Assembly: GCA_944386685.1 (NCBI GenBank)
Contig: CALXCA010000005.1
Coordinates: 954 to 64,953 of the forward strand
Length of the DNA stretch: 64,000 bases
Origin: an uncultured Clostridia bacterium
Lineage (GTDB): Bacteria > Bacillota > Clostridia > TANB77 > CAG-508
Reading direction: 5' to 3'
The position numbers and the translations under genes were made by a program. The first letter of the stretch is position 1, and every line of letters starts with the position of its first letter. The notes under the pieces were generated by a model. That model saw only the letters and a program-made list of their open reading frames with translations, did not search any database and had not been told where the DNA came from. Below, in pieces: positions 41,534-51,122 of this stretch.

Positions 41534-41959
41534 ATGTTAAAGCTTTCTGTACGCAAACACATCTTACCATTTCGGTTTATAAACTTTCCATTTCTTGGCG
41601 AGTGGGATAACAGCCCAATTGTTTATATTTCCGACGAGAAAGGAAGAACTCTTCAATTATTAAAAGAAGATAGCAATATCATTGTTTTTGGGTATGGAAT
41701 GTCAATTTCGTACACTGATTTTGCCAAAATCACGACAGATCGCAATTCAAACATTGTTGATTTGCTCAAGGCAAGTCAGAATGTAAAATTAATTTCCACT
41801 AGCTTCTCTGATGTAGAAGCTTACTCCAAAGAAAACAATCTTCCTTGGGGAAGCATTCCTGATTCTAGTGGTAACAAAATTTACTTTGTTGTTTCTGCAA
41901 AGTTTTCTAACTTTGCAAACGACATTGATTATTTGAATTTTAACTTGAAATACGCTTGA
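41534..41959 (+). CDS. Hypothetical protein (stand-alone cassette)
   Basis: RBS AGGAGG, upstream TATAAT, own terminator; atypical codons including CGC and CGG. Confidence 0.6.
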   Translation: MLKLSVRKHILPFRFINFPFLGEWDNSPIVYISDEKGRTLQLLKEDSNIIVFGYGMSISYTDFAKITTDRNSNIVDLLKASQNVKLISTSFSDVEAYSKENNLPWGSIPDSSGNKIYFVVSAKFSNFANDIDYLNFNLKYA

Positions 41960-41980
41960 AGGAGGTTGACTTCTTATTTA

Positions 41981-42012
41981 AAGAGACTGGTACAAACTAG
42001 TACCAGCCTCTT
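41981..42012 (+). terminator. Rho-independent terminator
   Basis: aagagactggtac-aaacta-gtaccagcctctt followed by T run. Confidence 0.7.
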
Positions 42013-42144
42013 TTATTGCATAGGAAACAATATGAAACTTTAGGTTTCGCAACTCAAAGTGAAAATAAAATTTTAAATATAAAAAATTTTATTTTCAGAA
42101 GAAATAATATGAAACTTAGTGAAAAATTACTTTTTCCTATTCAT

Positions 42145-43026
42145 TTATTTATTTCTATCTTTTATATAAATTGCAAGCTCTTTTAAGAATTTTGCTTTAT
42201 CTCCATAAGCCTCAACTATTTCTACTGCTTCTTTAGTAATTACTTCTAATTTACTTTTTGCACCTTGTAGTCCAAAAGCAGAAACATATGTGCATTTATG
42301 GTGTTCTTTGTCATTTCCTACAGGTTTTCCTGTAATTTTTGGATTTCCTTCTTCTGATAATATATCATCTTTAATTTGGAATGCTAAACCTATTTTTTCT
42401 GCAAATTCTGATAAATTTTTAATATCTTCTTCACTTGCATTTGCAAGAATTGCCCCCATTCTTACACTTAGCTTTAATAATGCTCCTGTTTTATTTTCAT
42501 GTATATATTGTAGCATTTTTGTAGAAATTTCTTGACCTTCTAATTCTGTATCTAAATATTCTCCACAAATCATTCTTTCAACTGCTTTAGAAAATTCATT
42601 AAATACTCTTAATTTATTTTGCAGATTATTGCTATTTTTTAAATCTTCACTAATTACCACATATGCTTGGTTAAATAGTAAATCTCCTGCAAGCAATGCA
42701 GTTGGATGATTAAATTTTTTATGATTTGTTGGTTTTCCATGTCTAAAATCATCATTATCAACTTCTGGTAAATCATCATGTATTAATGAAAAATTATGTA
42801 TCATCTCTAAAGCTACTGCATATGGCATTGCTTCTACAAAATCATCTTTAAACATTTTATATACAACTAAAACTAATATTGCTCTTAGTCTCTTTCCACC
42901 TGCCATTAAACTATATTCTACAGAGTCATTTATTACTTTTTCTGGGCATTCTTCTTTTTTTAAATATTTTTCTAGTTCTTTGTTTACTATTTCTTGGTAT
43001 TTTTTTAATTGTTCTTTAAATTCCAT
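42145..43026 (-). CDS. ispA: Farnesyl-diphosphate synthase / polyprenyl synthetase
   Basis: 'GGKRLR', 'SLIHDDLP..DNDDFRHGKPT', 'GLAFQIKDD'. Confidence 0.92.
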   Translation of the reverse strand: MEFKEQLKKYQEIVNKELEKYLKKEECPEKVINDSVEYSLMAGGKRLRAILVLVVYKMFKDDFVEAMPYAVALEMIHNFSLIHDDLPEVDNDDFRHGKPTNHKKFNHPTALLAGDLLFNQAYVVISEDLKNSNNLQNKLRVFNEFSKAVERMICGEYLDTELEGQEISTKMLQYIHENKTGALLKLSVRMGAILANASEEDIKNLSEFAEKIGLAFQIKDDILSEEGNPKITGKPVGNDKEHHKCTYVSAFGLQGAKSKLEVITKEAVEIVEAYGDKAKFLKELAIYIKDRNK

Positions 43027-43175
43027 TTTTATTCCATTCCTTTCTCAAGGCATAAATTAATTTTTCTTATTAATACTATCTTTGAAATATAACTTATTTT
43101 TATATTATACTTTAAAGTTGCATTATTTTCAAAACAAATATTATTTAATATTTGTTATCATTTACATTATCTGTG

Positions 43176-44054
43176 TTATACATTATCTGTGTCGTTATTT
43201 GATTTTAACCTTTTTACTTTTTTTGCAAATGATTTTATTTTGGCAATATTATTTTTTATGTCCCCTAAAAAGTATGAGAATATAAATCCAATTATTACTA
43301 GTATAATAGCAATTACAGAACTTAAATTAAATCCTAATACACAGCTACTATTTAATACATTTGGTATTATTGATAAAAATAATCCAAATATTATAGAAAA
43401 TGTTACTGTGTAAAATTTACTTAATAATTTATTCATTAAGAAAGATATTACTAATACTCCTATTCCCAATCCAAATGCTGCTGGTATTAATATTGATAAA
43501 TTAAAGTCTGCAATTGAACCAACATATAATTCATATAGTCCTAATGTTGATAATATAACTGCACTATCTACACCAGGTACAATTGATGAACCTGCTACTG
43601 CAAATCCTAATAATACTGATTGGAATAAGTTTGGATCTGTTATTACAGGAAATAGATCTTTATTAAATGAAAATAGTGCTATTCCTGCTATTGCAGATAT
43701 TAACATTACTATGTAATATTTTTTATTAAATCCTTCTTTTTTTACTTCTTTATAAAAAAGTGGAATTGTTCCTAAAACAAGACCTAAGAATGTAAATCTT
43801 GTATACATTTCATAATTTTCTAATAAAAAATCTACAATTTTACTAAATATTATTACTCCTACACCAAATCCTAAAAATAGTGGAAATAAAAAAGCTACAT
43901 TTTTCTTAAAATCTTTAAAAATTGTTCCTATAGCATTTATTGTTTTTTGGTAAAGTCCTAAAATTACTAATAATACACTTCCACTTAAACCTGGTGCTAT
44001 TCCACCTATTCCAACTATTATTCCTTTTAAAAAGTTACGCATTATAACCTCCAT
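43176..44054 (-). CDS. DUF368 family membrane protein
   Basis: 'G...G....PG.SG' repeated halves ('APGLSGS', 'VPGVDS'), ~8 TMs. Confidence 0.85.
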   Translation of the reverse strand: MEVIMRNFLKGIIVGIGGIAPGLSGSVLLVILGLYQKTINAIGTIFKDFKKNVAFLFPLFLGFGVGVIIFSKIVDFLLENYEMYTRFTFLGLVLGTIPLFYKEVKKEGFNKKYYIVMLISAIAGIALFSFNKDLFPVITDPNLFQSVLLGFAVAGSSIVPGVDSAVILSTLGLYELYVGSIADFNLSILIPAAFGLGIGVLVISFLMNKLLSKFYTVTFSIIFGLFLSIIPNVLNSSCVLGFNLSSVIAIILVIIGFIFSYFLGDIKNNIAKIKSFAKKVKRLKSNNDTDNV

Positions 44055-44145
44055 TATTATTTATAAAATTTTTTGTCATTATAATATAAAATACAAAAAT
44101 AGTCAAATTTTTTGTTACTTGACACATCCCATTAATTATTTTCCA

Positions 44146-44241
44146 GTTACAGTTCAGTGAGAAATTTTGATATATTAATAATAAATAAATTTTGAATACG
44201 ATTGGAGGAAATTTAGAATTTCTTAAATTAATTTTATGTAA
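44146..44241 (+). promoter_or_regulatory. Leader/promoter of M60 peptidase gene, duplicated at 25750-25844
   Basis: Direct sequence match; ends just before RBS AAGGAG of 44256. Confidence 0.5.
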
Positions 44242-44255
44242 AGGAGTTTGATAAA

Positions 44256-47231
44256 ATGAAACGATTTTTATCTCTTTTAATTTTTATAACTCTAACTTTA
44301 ATTATATTACTAAATTCTTTTAGTAATATATCTTTTTCCGCTACAGCCAAAAAGACAAACAATGTAAAAAGAAATTCAAATAGCTATTGGAGTTTATCTA
44401 CTGCTCCTATGTTTTATGGAGCTACAAAGATAACTATAAAAAAAGGTCTTATTGATAAATTTGATGTTTTAGATTCTAGATTTAGAATTTTTGCAAAAGA
44501 CTTTGAAGATGGAGATTTAACTCCTAAAATTCAATATTCTGGCGAGGTTAATATAAATGAAGTAAATACTTACGAAATAACATATAAAGTAACAGACTCT
44601 CACAACAATACAACTACTTTAGTTGTGCCTGTTATTGTAACAGATGATGAAAATACTAAAATTATAGTAGAAAGAACATTATATACAACTCCATCTGTAT
44701 GGAATATGGATTTAGCAGAATTTTCTAGATGTAATTATGGTGATAGACAAATGTTAGGTGTATTTTTAAAAGAAAATCAAAGCATAAAAGCAAGAGTTAT
44801 TTCATCTGAAACTGATTTTAGAATAGATTATATGAATAATAATTCTCTTACAGAAAGCCATTCTAATCTTTTAAAAAGTGGAGATTGGTTTACAATTGAA
44901 AATAATGTAAATAATATTTCATATGATGCTGTTCCACTTTTAAGAACACCTGTATTATCTAAATCTAATACACAAATTAATAAAATATACAAAATTGAAT
45001 TACAATTTGACGAAACAATTTCTCCTCTAAATTATTATCATTACAAAGATAATGAAGAAACTTACAAAAATAATTGGTTGCTAAGTCAAAATAGTTTTTC
45101 TGTAATTGAAAGTGAAACTCTTTTGCTAGTTGTGCCTTTAACTGACATAAATTATATGACAAATTACTATGCAAATGGTTTTAAATCTTTAGACAAATTT
45201 TTAGAATATTATCAAAAAGTTGTAGAAAAGATGGATGAATATGTTGGTTTAGATTTTAATCCAACAAAAATAACAGATCAAAATGTTAAAACAAAATATT
45301 TAATAAAAGCAAATTCAAATGGAATTGGAGCAGCATATTATGCTGGAGATCATGTAGGTGTTAATAATGCTAGTATGAAAACTTTTTTTGAAATGAACTG
45401 GGGCGGGTTACATGAATTAGCTCATGGATATCAAGGTTCACTTGGAAAAGGAGAAATGTTATTAGGTGAAGTTTCTAATAATATTTTAGGATATTATATT
45501 CAAACAGATAAAAGTTTATATGATAGACCTGGAAATTGGTTAGGAGAATTACCTATAATAGAAGAAGAAAAAAATTCTGGTAGATTATCTGGAAAAAACT
45601 TTTCAGAAATTGATACAACAGTTAGATTATATATGATTATAAACTTACTTGATACTTTTGAAAAAGGAACTACTTACTCTAAAATGTTTTCATGGTATCG
45701 TGAACAATTAAATAATGGAAGAACAATGACAAACCAAGATGCTTATGTTGAAGCAATTGCTGACATATATAATATAAATATTATTCCATACATGGAAGCA
45801 TGGGGATTAAATATATCAGTTGGATTAAAAAATAAAATGTTTAATTTAAATTATCCTTTAATAAATATTTTAGCAGATATGGTTAGTCCTAACTTGTTAA
45901 ATACTATTATGACTAATGAAAATTTAAGTAAAAAATATTCTTTAGTTAAAAATGATATATTAAAAAATAACAATATTAAATCAAATCTATCTTTAGAAAT
46001 ACAAATTGATGATATTTCTAAATTAGTTGGAAAAATACTTTTACTAAAAGATGGAAAAAATATTATAGAAAAATATAAAATTGAAAATTCTACAATTGAA
46101 TTAGCAAATATTCCAGTAGGAACTTATTATCTACAAATGCCTATACTTAATGGATATTCTCAAGAATTAATATATATTCAAGTTAGTGAAAATTCAACTA
46201 ATTATTATTCTTACACTTATGAAAATTTAGAAGAAACTACTTTTGATAATTATTTAAAATTACAATTATTAGGATATAATTATGATACAATTGCTTTTCA
46301 ATTAAAATTTAAGAATAATTATAATAAGGTTGAAATTTCATATCCTAATCAGTCTAAAATGAGTGGTAATGAGTCTGTAATTATATATAATTCTGATGGT
46401 AGTATAATATCTCAGAATTATACTACAGGTGGATATTTTGATTTTAATAAAGGTACCCATGAACTAGATTTAAAACCTGGCTATAAAATAGAAATAAAAT
46501 ATCCTGTTAAATATGCTACTAAAGTAGTTGCATATAATACTTTATTAAATAATACTGTTCCTGAATATTATGCACTTAATTCTACAACAACATATACTGT
46601 AATTGAAAATGGTTTATTACGTGAAGATATGGATGAAGAAATAGCTAATGATATAGCTTATAATCAATTAAAAGATTATTTAATTAATATTATTGCTGAT
46701 TATGCAAAAAATGTAACAGAAAATGAGCTTAATAATAAAAATATTAATTTTGATAAAAAATCTTATATAATTGATGCTTATAATCAATTAAGAGATATTG
46801 ACAAAGAACCATTTACAGATTTAATTAATGCTATAAAACGCGGAGGCATTCCACAAATAACTATTAATACTAATAATCTAGAATTTGACTTAGGAACTTC
46901 TATAGATTTATATTCATTAATTAAAGCTACAGATAATGAAGACGGCAATATTGATATTGATAAAACTAGTACAAAAATAATAACAGATTTTAATGCAGAA
47001 AAACCAGGAATTTATGATATTAAGTATGAAGTGTCAGATTCTGATAATAATATTGCTACATATACTCTGCAAATAATAATTCTTGAATCTGAAGAAAATA
47101 ACAAAGATGAAGATAACGGTATTACTAATCCTCCTGCTGTTGATGATGATAACGAGAGTGATAATGATGCTGTTCCTCCTACTTCTAATGATGATTTGTT
47201 TAACAAGCTTTTTAGTATTAAAAATTTATAA
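44256..47231 (+). CDS. Secreted M60/enhancin-like metallopeptidase with Ig-like domains
   Basis: Signal peptide, 'AKDFEDGDLT' Ig domain, 'WGGLHELAHGYQ...GEVSNN'. Confidence 0.8.
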   Translation: MKRFLSLLIFITLTLIILLNSFSNISFSATAKKTNNVKRNSNSYWSLSTAPMFYGATKITIKKGLIDKFDVLDSRFRIFAKDFEDGDLTPKIQYSGEVNINEVNTYEITYKVTDSHNNTTTLVVPVIVTDDENTKIIVERTLYTTPSVWNMDLAEFSRCNYGDRQMLGVFLKENQSIKARVISSETDFRIDYMNNNSLTESHSNLLKSGDWFTIENNVNNISYDAVPLLRTPVLSKSNTQINKIYKIELQFDETISPLNYYHYKDNEETYKNNWLLSQNSFSVIESETLLLVVPLTDINYMTNYYANGFKSLDKFLEYYQKVVEKMDEYVGLDFNPTKITDQNVKTKYLIKANSNGIGAAYYAGDHVGVNNASMKTFFEMNWGGLHELAHGYQGSLGKGEMLLGEVSNNILGYYIQTDKSLYDRPGNWLGELPIIEEEKNSGRLSGKNFSEIDTTVRLYMIINLLDTFEKGTTYSKMFSWYREQLNNGRTMTNQDAYVEAIADIYNINIIPYMEAWGLNISVGLKNKMFNLNYPLINILADMVSPNLLNTIMTNENLSKKYSLVKNDILKNNNIKSNLSLEIQIDDISKLVGKILLLKDGKNIIEKYKIENSTIELANIPVGTYYLQMPILNGYSQELIYIQVSENSTNYYSYTYENLEETTFDNYLKLQLLGYNYDTIAFQLKFKNNYNKVEISYPNQSKMSGNESVIIYNSDGSIISQNYTTGGYFDFNKGTHELDLKPGYKIEIKYPVKYATKVVAYNTLLNNTVPEYYALNSTTTYTVIENGLLREDMDEEIANDIAYNQLKDYLINIIADYAKNVTENELNNKNINFDKKSYIIDAYNQLRDIDKEPFTDLINAIKRGGIPQITINTNNLEFDLGTSIDLYSLIKATDNEDGNIDIDKTSTKIITDFNAEKPGIYDIKYEVSDSDNNIATYTLQIIILESEENNKDEDNGITNPPAVDDDNESDNDAVPPTSNDDLFNKLFSIKNL

Positions 47232-47312
47232 GAAAAAATATTAATAGCAGTTTTTACTTTACTATTATATATTTATAATTACATTTTTATTTGTTTTGAT
47301 AAATTCATAAAT

Positions 47313-47363
47313 AGCGAGCTTTATTTGATATTATAATTTCTTTATATCATTTTAAAGCTCGCT
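47313..47363 (+). terminator. Hairpin terminator
   Basis: agcgagcttta...taaagctcgct. Confidence 0.6.
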
Positions 47364-47549
47364 TGTATTTTTATTTTCTTAATATATTTATATTTTTTTA
47401 ATATATTTTTTTGGAAAATTTTTTATAAATATTTAATTTTTTATAGGAAATAATAATTTTTGAAAATGGTAAATATATAAAAGATATTTGCTTAATAAAT
47501 TCACACAATTATATAAATTTACCAAAATTTTAGAAAGGATTATTTTAAG

Positions 47550-48716
47550 ATGAAAAAAGTAATAAATTTTATTTTATTTTTTATATTAACTGCTGTTTTT
47601 GCAATAGCATTACCAAACTTGGCTAATGCAACAACTTCTACAACAAGCCCATCTACAAATTCAGCACATGATGAAGAATCTTTAAACAGTGTAATATCAA
47701 GTGCAGATTCAGGTGCAACAATTACATTAGAAAATGATATCACTATAACAAAACCTATAGTAATAGCTAAAGAACTAATAATAGATGGTAATGGTCATAA
47801 TGTTGTTGGCTCTAATGATTGGACATCAACATCTGGAAATCAAACAATGTTTACAGCACAACTTTCTGATGCAAAACTTACTTTAAAAGATATTAATTTA
47901 AAAAATGGACCAAAATATGGTGTTCAGTCATATGATGGTGCTTCTGTAATTTTAGACAATGTTTCTATTTCTGGATTTAAATATGGTGGTGTACTTGTAA
48001 ATGGTGGTAAATTAGAAGTTAAACAACTACATTTAGGAATAAATGGTACAGGTGAAAATAATGGTATAGAAATAGATAAAGGTGCTTATGCAACAAATAA
48101 CCCTACTTTAGTAATGAATGGTGTTTTAACAACAGAATCAAATGAGAATGTTGTTCGACCTGCAGAAAATGGACATCTTACTGAATTTACAATCGAAAAT
48201 TCTGCTAGTACAACAAATAAAATTGTTTTAGCAGGAAATAAAGTAGTTTTAACAGATTCAAACAATAATGTAATATCAGAAACAAAAGTTCCTGATAATG
48301 CTACAGCAAATGTAGATGTAACACAACATATTGTTACTATTTTTGCTGGTGATGTAACTTATAAAATTACAGTAAATTCTGGTGAAAAAGTTACAGCAGA
48401 TTTACTAAATTCTCATATTAAATTAGGAGAAAAAGAAAAAATTGATGGATATTTTACAGATTCTAATTTTGAAAATGAATTCGATTTTAATAATTCTATA
48501 ACTAAAGATACTACAGTATATGCAAAAATTTCAGAAATAGAAGAACCTACTCCTGAACCAGCACCAGAACCTACTCCTGAGCCTACTCCTGAAGTTGATA
48601 ATAACGAAAAAGATGATACTCCAAAAACAGGTGTTGCAAATTATACAATTTTAGCAAGTCTTACTCTTATTTTATCAACTTTAACTATTATTGCAATTAA
48701 TAAGAAAAAGAATTAA
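47550..48716 (+). CDS. Sortase-anchored surface protein with InlB B-repeat-like domain
   Basis: Signal peptide, 'GYFTD..F...FDF...IT.DTTVYAK', PE repeats, 'TPKTG' + TM + basic tail. Confidence 0.8.
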   Translation: MKKVINFILFFILTAVFAIALPNLANATTSTTSPSTNSAHDEESLNSVISSADSGATITLENDITITKPIVIAKELIIDGNGHNVVGSNDWTSTSGNQTMFTAQLSDAKLTLKDINLKNGPKYGVQSYDGASVILDNVSISGFKYGGVLVNGGKLEVKQLHLGINGTGENNGIEIDKGAYATNNPTLVMNGVLTTESNENVVRPAENGHLTEFTIENSASTTNKIVLAGNKVVLTDSNNNVISETKVPDNATANVDVTQHIVTIFAGDVTYKITVNSGEKVTADLLNSHIKLGEKEKIDGYFTDSNFENEFDFNNSITKDTTVYAKISEIEEPTPEPAPEPTPEPTPEVDNNEKDDTPKTGVANYTILASLTLILSTLTIIAINKKKN

Positions 48717-48792
48717 TTTAGGTAAAATTATTTAGACATCTTGATGTAAAACTACAAAATATTTATATAAAAATGAACTAATTTAAATACAG

Positions 48793-48835
48793 TTATTTAG
48801 GTATAGGATTTTTTAGAATTCCTATACCTAAATAA
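48793..48835 (+). terminator. Hairpin terminator
   Basis: ttatttaggtatagga...tcctatacctaaataa. Confidence 0.6.
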
Positions 48836-48988
48836 TTTTATAAATTATGTTAAAAACCTTAATTACATGCTTAAGTTAATTTTTAATACTAATTTTGTAA
48901 ATTATTTTTAAAGAACCTAAATAAATACATAAAAAATTTTAATGCTATTTTTATAAATATATTATGCTAGAAAGGATTAGAATTCATT

Positions 48989-49909
48989 ATGAAAAGAACA
49001 TTTACAAAAAAGAAAAAATTTCTCCTTATTATTGATTTTCTTTTAATTGTATTTATAATTATATCTTTAATATATATTATAAACTCTCTTATTCAAAAAA
49101 AGGAAGCTATTGAAGAATCAAACTTATTAAATGAAATAAATATTGAAGAATCTCTTTCTAATTCTTCAGAAAATACTTATAATCAAGAAAACTCTGATAA
49201 TGGGCAAAATGTAGAAAATCAAGAATTAAAAGAAAATCAACTTAATATAGAATCTAATGAAAATCAATCAAATTTATATTCATCAAACAATATGTCTTCA
49301 TCTAAAAATTTTGCTGAATCATCCAAAACAGAAAGAATGATTAAAGTTGAAAACTTAAAAAAACAAAATTCAGACATTGTTGGTTGGCTAGAAATTCCAA
49401 ACACAAATATTAATTACCCTGTTTTACAAGGTACAGATAATAAATATTACATGACTCATAATTATAAAAAACAAAAATCAAAAAATGGTTCAATTTTTTT
49501 AACAAAAGATTATAATTGGGATATTCCAAGTAGTAATTTGTTGATTTTTGGTCATAATTTAAATAATGGTACTATGTTCCAAGATTTATTAAAATATTCT
49601 AATAAATCTTTTTATGCAAAACATCATACAATACGTTTTACTACTGTTAATGATGATTCAGAATACGAAATAATTTCTGTGTTAAAAACTAGAGTTTTTT
49701 ATCAATCAGAAAAAAATGTTTTTAGATATTATTATTTTATAAATGCAGAAACAGAAGAAGAATACAATGAATTTATAAAAAATGCAAAAAAGGAATCTTT
49801 ATATAATATTAATGCTACTGCAAATTATGGTGATCAATTAATTACACTTTCTACTTGCTCTTATCATGTAAAAGATGGTAGATTTGCTGTTATTGCAAGG
49901 AAAAAATAA
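48989..49909 (+). CDS. srtB: Class B sortase
   Basis: 'N.DIVGWL.IP.TNINYPVLQG.DN.YY', 'IFGHN', 'ITLSTC', 'GRF'. Confidence 0.9.
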   Translation: MKRTFTKKKKFLLIIDFLLIVFIIISLIYIINSLIQKKEAIEESNLLNEINIEESLSNSSENTYNQENSDNGQNVENQELKENQLNIESNENQSNLYSSNNMSSSKNFAESSKTERMIKVENLKKQNSDIVGWLEIPNTNINYPVLQGTDNKYYMTHNYKKQKSKNGSIFLTKDYNWDIPSSNLLIFGHNLNNGTMFQDLLKYSNKSFYAKHHTIRFTTVNDDSEYEIISVLKTRVFYQSEKNVFRYYYFINAETEEEYNEFIKNAKKESLYNINATANYGDQLITLSTCSYHVKDGRFAVIARKK

Positions 49910-50003
49910 TCAATTATTATTTTCTTAATTAATATCCATTATAATTCGTACAAAATATCTCAAATATAAATAATGTGATAAAAATAATTTTAATATTCAT
50001 TCT

Positions 50004-50172
50004 AATCCGTACAAAATCCCTAATTATATAAATTATTTTGTAATACCACGTAAGCGACCAAATGGGCGGAGTGAATGCGATTTGGAGCAACCTACATATT
50101 AAAATTCTTTTGTAGGTTGCGACACACAAGGTATAAAAAATAATTTATATAATTAGGGATTTTGTACGGATT
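50004..50172. repeat. Long inverted-repeat element, copy 3 (same core, unrelated outer arms)
   Basis: Arms aatccgtacaaaatccctaattatataaattatttt and its exact reverse complement; core matches copies 1-2; between convergent genes. Confidence 0.88.
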
Positions 50173-50188
50173 TCAATAAATATATTTA

Positions 50189-50713
50189 TTAATCCCCTAT
50201 TTTTTCTATATCTATTCTTGCATTATCATATCTAATATCTTCAATAGATACTCCATTTAATTTTAAAACATCTCCAGCTTGTAGTCTTAGAATAACAGTA
50301 CTTGTAAGTGTCATTCTGTTTTCTGGGCTATTTCGTATTACAGGCGATTCGTTAAAAGTATCATTTAAAGGTTGATTATTAACTAATAAAACTGCATTAA
50401 AGTTAAATGTTCCTGATGTATCTTGAACACCAAATAACTGATATGATATTTGATATATCCCATTTTCATTTATCCTTATTTCATCACTTCCTGGTTCGTG
50501 ACTAATTGCTGTTCCTTCTACAATTTGATTTTGACTAAATTTAATTGTAGTTGTTCCTAAAGTTGTATTGTCCCCATTCCTTGCTATTGCTACTAATATA
50601 TTATCTGTTTTATCTGGATTTTGGTTGTTTATTGAAACAACAATTAATATTATTAATAATATTATTATAAGTGATGAAATAAGTGGTTTTAATATATTAT
50701 TTTCACAACACAT
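50189..50713 (-). CDS. Protein with N-terminal TM and BclA-C/C1q-like beta-sandwich (spore surface candidate)
   Basis: 'I.INENGIYQISY', 'ILRLQAGDVLKL', directly downstream of cotJC 3' part. Confidence 0.55.
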   Translation of the reverse strand: MCCENNILKPLISSLIIILLIILIVVSINNQNPDKTDNILVAIARNGDNTTLGTTTIKFSQNQIVEGTAISHEPGSDEIRINENGIYQISYQLFGVQDTSGTFNFNAVLLVNNQPLNDTFNESPVIRNSPENRMTLTSTVILRLQAGDVLKLNGVSIEDIRYDNARIDIEKIGD

Positions 50714-50727
50714 ATTTTCCCTCTTTT

Positions 50728-51057
50728 TTATTTGCATCCACAATCATTATTATTCATATTTCCAAATTGCATATTATTCATATAAAATTTCTTTTCTGCT
50801 AATTTGTCTTGAACTCCACGAAGTGCTTCTCCAAATCTTTGGAAGTGTACTACTTCTCTTTCTCTTAAGAATTTTAATGGGTCTACTACATCTGGATTGT
50901 CTCTGCACAAATCTATTAGCTTTTCATAAGTTGCTCTTGCTTTTTGTTCTGCTGCTAAATCTTCTTGTAAATTTGCTATTGCATCTCCTTTACATGCTAT
51001 ATATGCAGCTATAAAAGGTGCTCCTGCTGCAGATTGTGGATATACATCTACACCATG
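50728..51057 (-). CDS. cotJC: CotJC (Mn-catalase family spore coat protein), 3' segment
   Basis: 'HGVDVYPQSAAG.PF.A....KGDAIANLQEDLAAEQKARATYE.L......V.DPLKFLREREVVHFQRFGEAL'. Confidence 0.9.
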   Translation of the reverse strand, partial: HGVDVYPQSAAGAPFIAAYIACKGDAIANLQEDLAAEQKARATYEKLIDLCRDNPDVVDPLKFLREREVVHFQRFGEALRGVQDKLAEKKFYMNNMQFGNMNNNDCGCK

Positions 51058-51122
51058 TGGTGTGTGTTTCTTATCTATCCTAGTAGCTCTTTGAGATAAG
51101 ATCACCTCTTATATTTTTAGAT

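Noticed and set aside
51058-51105. N-terminus 'MILSQRATRIDKKHTP' of the 125 aa ORF
   Set aside because: Lies in the element end beyond the CCATG core; not CotJC sequence
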